Positions 1 through 11,224 of a stretch of 64,000 bases of DNA are shown one piece after another (the stretch's first letter is position 1; every line of letters starts with the position of its first letter). Below the pieces are notes generated by a model. It was not told the origin of the DNA. It saw only the letters and a list, made by a program, of their open reading frames with translations, and searched no databases. The stretch lies in assembly GCF_009914755.1 (NCBI RefSeq), contig NC_060933.1. One strand, given 5' to 3'. The position numbers were made by a program, and so were the translations under genes. This DNA comes from the human T2T-CHM13v2.0 reference genome, Homo sapiens.

Positions 1-42
1 ATGGAATGGAATGGAATGGAATGGAATGGAATGGAATGGAAT

Positions 43-1908
43 TAACCCGAATACAATGGAATGGATTGGAATGGAACAGAATGGAGTGGAATGGAATGGA
101 ATCAACCCGAGTGCAGGGGAATGGAATGGAATGGAATGCAATGGAATGGAATCTTCCGGAATGGAATGCAATTGAATGGAATCAACCCGAGTGCAATGGA
201 ATGGAGTGCAATGGAATGGAATGGAATGGAACAAACCGAATGGAATGGAATGTAATGGAGAGTAAGGGAGTTGAATAGAATCAATCTGAATGTAATGGAA
301 TGGAACGGAATGGAATGGAATGGAATGGAATGGAATGGAATGGAATGGAATGGAATGCAATGGAATGGAATCAACCCGGGTGCAATCGAATGGAATCGAA
401 TGGAATGGAATGCAATGGAATGGATTCAACTTGAATGGAATGGAAAGAATGGAATCAACACGAGTGCAATGGCATGGATTGGAATGGAATGGAATGGAAT
501 CAACCCGAGTACAGGGGAATGGAATGGAATGGAATGCAATGGAATGGAATAATCCGTAATGGAATGGATAGGAATGGAATGGAATGGAATGGAATGGAAT
601 GGAATGGAATCAACTCGATTGCAATCGAACGGAATGGAATGGAATTAACCCGAATAGAATGGAATGGAATGGAATGGAACGGAACGGAACGGAATGGAAT
701 GGAATGGAATGGAATGGAACGGAAAGGATTGGAATGGAATGGAATGGAATGGAATGGAACGGAATGGAATCAACGCGCGGGCAGGGGAATGGAATGGAAT
801 CGAATGCAATGGAATGGAATGGAATGGATTGGAATCAACCCGAGTGCAGGGGAATGTAATGGAACGGAATGCAAGGGAATGGAATCATCCGGAATGGAAT
901 GGAATGGAATGGAATGGAATGGAATCAACCCGAGTGCAATGGAATGGAGTGGAATGGAATGGAATGGAATGGAATGAACCCGAATACAATGGAATGGAAT
1001 GGAATGGAACGGAATGGAGTGGAATGGAATGGAATCAACCCGAGTGCAGGGGAATGGAATGGAATGGAATGCAATGGAATGGAATCTTCCGGAATGGAAT
1101 GCAATTGAATGGAATCAACCCGAGTGCAATGGAATGGAGTGGAATGGAATGGAATGGAATCGAACAAACCGAATGGAATGGAATGTAATGGAGAGTAAGG
1201 GAGTTGAATAGAAACAATCTGAATGTAATGGAATGGAACGGAATGGAATGGAATGGAATGGAATGGAATGGAATGGAATGGAATGGAATGCAATGGAATG
1301 GAATCAACCCGAGTGCAATCGAATGGAATCGAATGGAATGGAATGCAATGGAATGGATTCAACTTGAATGGAATGGAAAGAATGGAATCAACACGAGTGC
1401 AATGGCATGGATTGGAATGGAATGGAATGGAATCAACCCGAGTACAGGGGAATGGAATGGAATGGAATGCAATGGAATGGAATAATCCGTAATGGAATGG
1501 ATAGGAATGGAATGGAATGGAATGGAATGGAATGGAATGGAATGGAATCAACTCGATTGCAATCGAATGGAATGGAATGGAATTAACCCGAATAGAATGG
1601 AATGGAATGGAATGGATCGGAACGGAACGGAATGGAATGGAATGGAATGGAATGGAACGGAAAGGATTGGAATGGAATGGAATGGAATGGAATGGAACGG
1701 AATGGAATCAACGCGAGGGCAGGGGAATGGAATGGAATCGAATGCAATGGAATGGAATGGAATGGATTGGAATCAACCCGAGTGCAGGGGAATGTAATGG
1801 AACGGAATGCAAGGGAATGGAATCATCCGGAATGGAATGGAATGGAATGGAATGGAATCAACCCGAGTGCAATGGAATGGAGTGGAATGGAATGGAATGG
1901 AATGGAAT
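43..1908 (+). repeat. 933-bp tandem duplication (43-975, 976-1908)
   Basis: AACCCGAATAC at 44 and 977; ORF pairs 102/1035, 271/1204, 320/1253 (offset 933). Shared private variants include GCAATTGAAT, CAAACCGA, CAATCTGA, TAATCCGT, GGATAGG and GCAAGG. Confidence 0.9.
148..162. promoter_or_regulatory. Perfect 3-unit heat-shock element (nGAAnnTTCnnGAAn), first of ~49 copies
   Basis: Seen: g-GAA-tc-TTC-cg-GAA-t. Established: this is the canonical HSF1 trimer consensus, and HSF1 binds Sat III in nuclear stress bodies. Other copies include 1081, 2967, 3815, 4663, 4873, 6666, 6876, 9343, 11345, 12764, 28971, 33165, 44521, 50576, 59181, 63807. The motif match is certain; occupancy is inferred. Confidence 0.65.
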
Positions 1909-2602
1909 CAACCCGAGTGCAATGGAATGGAGTGGAATGGAATGGAATGGAATGGAACAACCCGCATGGAATGGAATGTAATGGAGAGTAAGGGAGTTGA
2001 AAAGAATCAATCCGCATGGAATGGAATGGAATGGAACGGAATGGAATGGAATGGAATGGAATGGAATGGAATGGAATGGAATCAACCCGAGTACAATGGA
2101 ATGGAATGGAATGGAATGGAATGGAAAGGAATGGAATCAACCCGAGTGCAATGGAATGGAGCGGAATGGAATGGAATGGAATGGAAACTACCCGAATGGA
2201 ATGGAATGTAATGGAGTGTAAGGAAATTGAATAGAATCAATCCGAATGTAATGGAATGGAATGGAACGGAATGGAATTGAATGGAATGGAATGGAATGCA
2301 ATGGAATGGAATCAACCCGAGTTCAATGGAATGGAGAGGAATGGCATGGAATGGAATGGAAACTACCCGAATGGAATGGAATGTAATGGAGTGTAAGGGA
2401 ATTGAATAGAATCAATCCGAATGTAATGGAATGGAATGGAACGGAACGGAATGTAATGGAATGGAATGGAATGGAATGGAATGGAACGGAATGGAATGGA
2501 ATGGAATGGAATGGATTGGAATGGAATGGAATGCAATGGAATGGAATCAACCCGAGTGCAATCGAATGGAATCGAATGGAAAAGAATGCAATGGAATGGA
2601 TT

Positions 2603-4279
2603 CAACTTGAATGGAATGGAAAGAATGGAATCAACACGAGTGGAATGGCATGGATTGGAATGGAATGGAATGGAATCAACCCGAGTACAGGGGAATGGAA
2701 TGGAATTGAATGCAATGGAATGGAATCATCCGTAATGGAATGGAAAGGAATGGAATGGAATGGAATGGAATGGAATGGAATGGAATGGAATGTAATGGAA
2801 TCAACTCGATTGCAATCGAATGGAATGGAATGGAATTAACCCGAATAGAATGGAATGGAATGAAATGGAATGGAACGGAAAGGAAGGGAATGGAATGGAA
2901 TAGAATGGAATGGAATGGAATCAACGCGAGTGCAGGGGAATGGAATGGATTGGAATGCAATGGAATGGAATCTTCCGGAATGGAATGGAATGGAATGGAA
3001 TGGAATGGAATGGAATCAACCCGAGTGCAATGGAATGGAGTGGAATGGAATGGAATGGAATGGAACAACCCGAATGGAATGGAATGTAATGGAGAGTAAC
3101 GGAGTTGAATAGAATCAATCCGAATGTAATGGAATGGAATGGAACGGAATGGAATTGAATGGAATGGAATGGAATGCAATGGAATGGAATCAACCCGAGT
3201 GCAATGGAATGGACAGGAATGGAATGGAATGGAATGGAAACTACCCGAATGGAATGGAATATAATGGAGTGTAAGGGAATTGAATAGAATCAATCCGAAT
3301 GGAATGGAATGGAATGGAATGGAATGGAATGGAATGGAATAGAATGGAATGGAATGCAATGGAATGGAATCAACCCGAGTGCAATCGAATGGAATCGAAT
3401 GGAATGGAATGCAATGGAATGGATTCAACTTGAATGGAATGGAAAGAATGGAATCAACACGAGTGGAATGGCATGGATTGGAATAGAATGGAATGGAATC
3501 AACCCGAGTACAGGGGAATGGAATGGAATGGAATGCAATGGAATGGAATCATCCGTAATGGAATGGAAAGGAATGGAGTAGAATGGAATGGAATGGAATG
3601 GAATCAACTCGATTGCAATCGAATGGAATGGAATGGAATTAACCCGAATAGAATGGAATGGAATGGAATGGAACGGAACGGAATGGAATGGAATGGAATG
3701 GAATGGAATGCAACGGAACGGAACGGAATGGAATGGAATGGAATGGAATGGAATGGAATGGAATGAAATCAACGCGAGTGCAGGGGAATGGAATGGAATG
3801 GAATGCAATGGAATGGAATCTTCCGGAATGGAATGGAATGGAATGGAATGGAATGGAATGGAATGGAATCAACCCGAGTGCAATGGAATGGAGTGGAATG
3901 GAATGTAATGGAATGGAACAACCCGAATGGAATGGAATGTAATGGAGAGTAAGGGAGTTGAATAGAATCAATCCGAATGGAATGGAATGGAATGGAACGG
4001 AATGGAATTGAATGGAATGGAATGGAATGCAATGGAATGGAATCAACCCGAGTGCAATAGAATGGAGAGGAATGGAATGGAATGGAATGGAAACTACCCG
4101 AATGGAATGGAATGTAATGGAGTGTAAGGGAATTGAATAGAATCAATCCGAATGTAATGGAATCGAATGGAACGGAATGGAATGGAATAGAATGGAATGG
4201 AATGGAATGCAATGGAATGGAATCAACCCGAGTGCAATCGAATGGAATCGAATGGAATGGAATACAATGGAATGGATTC
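2603..4279 (+). repeat. Two consecutive copies of the ~0.82-0.86-kb basic module cycle (example)
   Basis: The CAACTTGAAT marker lies at 2603, 3426 and 4279 (823, 853 bp) with the same module order between. Similar spacings: 31908/32771 (863), 36211/37039 (828), 49354/50182 (828), 56106/56949 (843), 59639/60502 (863). Confidence 0.85.
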
Positions 4280-7200
4280 AACTTGAATGGAATGGAAAGA
4301 ATGGAATCAACACGAGTGGAATGTCATGGATTGGAATGGAATGGAATGGAATCAACCCGAGTACAGGGGAATGGAATGGAATGGAATGCAATGGAATGGA
4401 ATCATCCGTAATGGAATGGAAAGGAATGGAATGGAATGGAATGGAATGGAATGGAATGGAATCAACTCGATTGCAATCGAATGGAATGGAATGGAATTAA
4501 CCCGAATAGAATGGAATGGAATGGAATGGAACGGAACGGAATGGAAAGGAATGGAATGGAATGGAATGGAACGGAACGGAATGGAATTGAATGGAATGGA
4601 ATGGAATGGAATGGAATCAACGCGAGTGCAGGGGAATGGAATGGAATGGAATGCAATGGAATGGAATCTTCCGGAATGGAATGGAATGGAATGGAATGGA
4701 AGGGAATGGAATGGAATCAACTCGATTGCAATCGAATGGAATGGAATGGAATTAACCCGAATAGAATGGAATGGAATGGAATGGAACGGAACGTAATGGA
4801 ATGGAATGGAATGGAATGGAATGGAATCAACGCGAGTGCAGGGGAATGGAATGGAATTTAATGCAATGGAATGGAATCTTCCGGAATGGAATGGAATGGA
4901 ATGGAATGGAATGGAATGAAATGCAATGGGTTCAACTCGATTGCAATGGAATGGAACAGAATGGAATGGAATGGAATGGAATGGAATTAATTCGAATAGA
5001 ATGGAATGGAATGGAATGGAACGGAATGGAACGGAATGGAATGGAATGGAATGGAATGGTATGGAATGGAATGGAATGGTACGGAATAGAATGGAATGGA
5101 ACGAATTGTAATGGAATGGAATTGAATGGAATGGAATGGAATGGAATGGAATCAACGCGAGTGCAGGGGAATGTAATGGAACGGAATGCAATGGAATGGA
5201 ATCATCCGCAATGGAATGGAATGGAATGGAATGGAACGGAATGGAATCAACCCGAGTGCAATGGAATGGAGTGGAATGGAATGGAATGGAATGGAACAAC
5301 ACGAATGGAATGGAATGTAGTGGAGAGTAAGGGAGTTGAATAGAATCAATCCGAATGTAATGGAATGGAATGCAACGGAATGGAATGGAATGGAATGGAA
5401 TGGAATGCAATGGAATTGAATCAACACGAGTACAATGGAATGGAATGGAATGGAATGGAATGGAATGGAAGGGAATGGAATGGAATGGAATGATACGGAA
5501 TAGAATGGAATGGAACGAAATGGAATGGAATGGAATGGAATGGAATGGAATGGAATGGAATGGAATCTTTCCGAGTGGAATAGGAGGGAATGTATTCGAG
5601 TGGAATGGAAAGGAATGGAATCAACCAGAGTGGAATGGAAGGGAATGGAATGGAATGGAAACTAATAAAATGGAATCAACCCGAGAGGAATGGAATGGAA
5701 AGGACTGGAATGGAATGGAATGGAATGGAATGGAATCAACTCGATTGTAATGGAATGGAATGGAATGGAATGGAATGGAATTAACCCGAATACAATGCAA
5801 TGGAATGGAATGGAACGGAATGGAGTGGAATGGAATGGAATCAACCCGAGTGCAGGGGAATGGAATGGAATGGAATGCAATGGAATGGAATCATCCGGAA
5901 TGGAATGGAATGGAATGGAATGCAAAGCAATGGAATCAACTCGATTGCAATGGAATGGAATGGAATGGAAAGGAATACAATGGAATCAACCCGAGTGGAA
6001 TGGAATGGAAAGGACTGGAATGGAGTGGAATGGAATGGAATGGAATGGAATGGAATGGAATGGAATCAACTCGATTGGAATGGAATGGAATGGAATGGAA
6101 TGGAATGGAATGGAATTAACCCGAATAGAATGGATTGGAATGGAATGGAACGGAACGGAACAGAATGGAATGGAATGGAATGGAATGGAATGGAATGGAA
6201 TGGAAACAACCCGACTGCAGGGGAATGGAATGGAATGGAATGCAATGGAATGGATTCAACTTGAATGGAATGGAAATAATGGAATCAACACGAGTGGAAT
6301 GGCATGGATTGGAATGGAATGGAATGGAATCAACCCGAGTACAGGGGAATGGAATGGAATGGAATGCAATGGAATGGAATCATCCGTAATGGAATGGAAA
6401 GGAATGGAATGGAATGGAATGGAATGGAATGGCATGGAATGGAATCAACTCAATTGCAATCGAATGGAATGGAATGGAATTAACCCGAATAGAATGGAAT
6501 GGAATGGAATGGAACGGAACGGAACGGAACGGAATGAAATGGATTTGAATGGAATGGAATGGAATGGAATGGAACGGAAAGGAATGGAATGGAATTGAAT
6601 GGAATGGAATGGAATGGAATGGAATGGAATCAACGCGAGTGCAGGGGAATGGAATGCAATGGAATGGAATCTTCCGGAATGGAATGGAATGGAATGGAAT
6701 GGAATGGAATGGAATGGAATCAACCCGAATGCAATGGAATGGAGTGGAACGGAATGGAATGGAATGGAATGGATTGGAAAGGAATGGAACGGAACGGAAT
6801 GGAATGGAATGGAATGGAATGGAATGGAATCAACGCGAGTGCAGGGGAATGGAATGGAATGGAATGCAATGGAATGGAATCTTCCGGAATGGAATGGAAT
6901 GGAATGGAATGGAATGAAATGCAATGGATTCAACTCGATTGCAATGGAATGGAATAGAATGGAATGGAATGGAATGGAATGGAATTAATCAGAATAGAAT
7001 GGAATGGAATGGAATGGAACAGAATGGAACGGAATGGAATGGAATGGAATGGAATGGAATGGAATGGAATGGTATGGAATGGAATGGAATGGAACGGAAT
7101 AGAATGGAATGGAACGAATTGTAATGGAATGGAATGGAATGGAATGGAATGGAATGGAATGGAATCAACGCGAGTGCAGGGGAATGTAATGGAAAGGAAT

Positions 7201-7554
7201 GCAATGGAATGGAATCATCCGGAATGGAATGGAATGGAATGGAATGGAATGGAATCAACCCGAGTGCAATGGAATGGAGTGGAATGGAATGGAATGGAAT
7301 GGAACCACCCGAATGGAATGGAATGTAATGGAAAGTAAGGGAGTTGAATAGAATCAATCCGAATGTAATGGAATGGAATGCAACGGAATGGAATGGAATG
7401 GAATGGAATGGAATGCAATGGAATTGAATAAACCCGAGTACAATGGAATGGAATGGAATGGAATGGAATGGAATGGAATGGAATGGAATGGAATGGAATG
7501 ATACGGAATAGAATGGAGTGGAACGAAATGGAATGGAATGGAATGGAATGGAAT

Positions 7555-7735
7555 CGTTCCGAGTGGAATAGGAGGGAATGTATTCGAGTGGAATGGAAAG
7601 GAATGGTATCAACCAGAGTGGAATGGAAGAGAATGGAATGGAATGGAAACTAATAGAATGGAATCAACCCGAGTGGAATGGAATGGAAAGGACTGGAATG
7701 GAATGGAATGGAATGGAATCAACTCGATTGTAATG
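7555..7735 (+). repeat. High-complexity side-branch module (CGTTCCGAGTGGAATAGGAGGGAATGTATTCGAGT...CAACCAGAGT...AAACTAATAG...AAAGGACT...CAACTCGATTGTAAT), one of ~18 copies
   Basis: Copies start near 5567, 7555, 8609, 13059, 18813, 20801, 21855, 25165, 25809, 28197, 29705, 33859, 38237, 43188, 46253, 58007, 61575 and 63497. Confidence 0.85.
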
Positions 7736-10700
7736 GAATGGAATGGAATGGAATGGAATGGAATGCAATGGAAATAACCCGAATAAAATGGAATGGAATG
7801 GAATGGAACGGAATGGAGTGGAATGGAATGGAATCAACCCGAGTGCAGGGGAATGGAATGGAATGGAATGCAATGGAATGGAATCATCCGGAATGGAATG
7901 GAATGGAATGGAATGCAAAGCAATGGAATCAACTCGATTGCAATGGAATGGAATGGAATGGAAAGGAGTACATTGGAATCAACCCGAGTGGAATGGAATG
8001 GAAAGGACTGGAATGGAGTGGAATGGAATGGAATGGAATGGAATGGAATCAACTCGACTGGAATGGAATGGAATGGAATGGAATGGAATTAACCCGAATA
8101 GAATGGAATGGAATGGAATGGAACGGAACGGCATGGAATGGAATGGAATGGAATGGAATCAAACCGACTGCAGGGGAATGGAATGGAGTGGAAGGCAATG
8201 GAATGGATTCAACTTGAATGGAATGGAAAGAATGGAATCAACACGAGTGGAATGGCATGGATTGGAATGGAATGGAATGGAATCAACCCGAGTACAGGGG
8301 AAAGGAATGGAATGGAATGCAATGGAATGGAATCATCCGTAATGGAATGGAAAGGAATGGAATGGAATGGAATGGAATGGAATGGAATGGAATCAACTCG
8401 TTTGCAATCGAATGGAATGCAATGGAATTAACCCGAATAGAATGGAATGGAATGGAATGGAACGGAACGGAACGGAATGGAACGTAACGGAGTGGAATGG
8501 AATAGAATGGAATTGTATGGAATGGAATGGCATGGTACGGAATAGAATGGAATGGAAAGAATTGGAATGGAATGGAATGGAATGGAATGGAATGGAATGG
8601 AATGGAATCGTTCCGAGTGGAATACGAGGGAATGTATTCGAGTGGAATGGAAAGGAATGGAATCAACCAGAGAGGAATGGAAGGGAATGGAATGGAATGG
8701 AAACTAATAGAATGGAATCAACCCGAGTGGAATGGAATGGAAAGGACTGGAATGGAATGGAATGGAATGGAATCAACTCGATTGTAGTGGAATGGAATGG
8801 AATGGAATGGAATGGAATGAAATTAACCCGAATACAATGGAATGGAATGGAATGGAACGGAATGGAATGGAATGGAATGGAATGGAATGGAATCAACCCG
8901 ACTGCAGGGGAATGGAATGGAATGGAATGCAATGGAATGGATTCAACATGAATGGAATTGAAAGAATGGAATCAACACGAGTGGAATGGCATGGATTGGA
9001 ATGGAATGGAATGGAATCAACCCGAGTACAGGGGAATGGAATGGAATGGAATGCAATGGAATGGAATCATCCGTAATGGAATGGAAAGGAATGGAATGGA
9101 ATGGAATGGAATGGAATGGAATGGAATCAACTCGATTGCAATCGAATGGAATGGAATGGAATTAACCCGAATAGAATGGAATGGAATGGAATGGAACGGA
9201 ACGGAACGGAATGAAATGGATTTGAATGGAATGGAATGGAATGGAATGGAACGGAAAGGAATGGAATGGAATGGAATGGAATGGAATGGAATGGAATCAA
9301 CGCGAGTGCAGGGGAATGGAAGGGAATGGAATGCAATGGAATGGAATCTTCCGGAATGGAATGGAATGGAATGGAATGGAATGGAATGGAATGGAATAAA
9401 CCCGAGTGCAATGGAATGGAGTGGAATGGAATGGAATGGAATGGAACAACCCGAATGGAATGGAATGTAATGGAGAGTAAGGGAGTTGAATAGAATCAAT
9501 CCGAATGTAATGGAATGGAATGGAACGGAATGGAATTGAATGGAATGGAATGGAATGCAATGGAATGGAATCAACCCGAGTGCAATGGAATGGAGAGGAA
9601 TGGAATGGAATGGAATGGAAACTACCCGAATGGAATGGAATGTAATGGAGCGTAAGGGAATTGAATAGAATCAATCCGAATGGAATGGAATGGAATGGAA
9701 CGGAATGTAATGGAATGGAATGGAATGGAATCAACCCGAGTGCAGACGAATGGAATGGCATGGAATGCAATGGAATGGAATCATCCGGAATGGAATGGAA
9801 TGGAATGCAATGGAGTGGAATGGAATGGAATCAACCCGAGTGCAATGGAATGGAGTGAAATGGAATGGAATGGAATGGAAACAACCAGAATGGATTGGAA
9901 TATAATGGAGTGTAAGGGAATTGAATAGAATCAATCTGAATGTAATGAAATGGAATGGAACGGAATGGAATGGAATGGAATGGATTGGAATGGAATGCAA
10001 TGGAATGGAATCAACCCGAGTGCAATCGAATGGAATCGAATGGAATGGAATGCAATGGAATGGATTCAACTTGAATGGAAAGGAAAGAATGGAATCAACA
10101 CGAGTGGAATGGCATGGATTGGAATGGAATGGAATGGAATCAACCCGAGTACAGGGGAATGCAATGGAATGGAATGCAATAGAATGGAATCATCAGTAAT
10201 GGAATGGAAAGGAATGGAATGGAATGGAATGCAATGGAATGGAATGGAATGGAATGGAATGGAATCAACTCGATTGCAATCGAATGGAATGGAATGGAAT
10301 GGAATCAAATCGATTGCAATCTAATGGAATGGAATGGAATTAACCCGAATAGAATGGAATGGAATGGAATGGAACGGAACGGAATGGAATGGAATGGAAT
10401 GGAATGGAACGGAAAGGAATGGAAAGGAATGGAATGGAATGGAATGGAATCAACGCGAGTGCAGGGGAATGGAATGGAATCGAATGGAATGGAAAGGAAT
10501 GGAATGGAATCAACCCGAGTGCAGGGGAATGTAATGGAACGGAATGCAATGGAATGGAATCATCCGGAAGGGAATGGAATGGAATCAACCCGAGTGCAAT
10601 GGAATGGAGTGGAATGGAATGGAATGGAATGGAACAACCCGAATGGAATGGAATGTAATGGAGAGTAAGGGAGTTGAAAAGAATCAATCCGAATGTAATG

Positions 10701-11224
10701 GAATGGAATGGAACGGAATGGAATGGAATGGAATGGAATGCAATGGAATGGAATCAACCCGAGTACAATGGAATGGAATGGAATGGAATGGAATGGAATG
10801 GAATGGAATGGAATGGAATGCAATGGAATGGAATTTTCCGGAATGGAATGGAATGGAATGGAATGGAATGGAATGGAATGGAATGCAATGGATTCAACTC
10901 GATTGCAATGGAATGGAATAGAATGGAATGGAATGGAATGGAATGGAATTAAACCGAATAGAATGGAATGGAATGGAATGGAACGGAACAGAACGGAACG
11001 GAACGGAACGGAGTGGAATGGAATGGAATGGAATTATATGGAATGGAATGGAATGGTACGGAATAGAATGGAATGGAAAGAATTGGAATGGAATGGAATC
11101 GAATGGAATGGAATGGAATGGAATGGAATGAACCCGAGTGCAGGGGAATGTAATTGAACGGAATGCAATGGAATGGAATCATCCGGAATGGAATGGAATG
11201 GAATGGAATGGAATGGAATGGAAT

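Larger units (their letters stand above)
1..11224 (+). repeat. 3' part of the upstream copy of a ~13.24-kb near-identical tandem unit
   Basis: The ORF track repeats with identical peptides at offsets 13251 (61->13312), 13246 (1823->15069; 8367->21613) and 13236 (8952->22188; 10928->24164). Identity ends in the GGAAT run after CATCC at 11180 vs 24416. Confidence 0.93.

Noticed and set aside
110-125. CAGGGG and GG-rich strand as G-quadruplex or telomere-like repeat
   Set aside because: G-runs of three or more are isolated and usually far apart, and there is no TTAGGG array.
154-161. TTCCGGAA as a STAT (GAS) site
   Set aside because: GAS sites are TTC-N3-GAA (N4 for STAT6). The spacing here is N2, which fits an HSE.
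1859-1958. Short 50-bp module duplications (also ~37698/37743 and ~43058/43113)
   Set aside because: Real but ordinary slippage-scale events, already covered by the general duplication pattern.
2793-2803. TAATGGAATCA as a DUX4 site
   Set aside because: It matches only the degenerate consensus and is a sporadic single-base variant (also ~16039, ~36621), not a recurring module.
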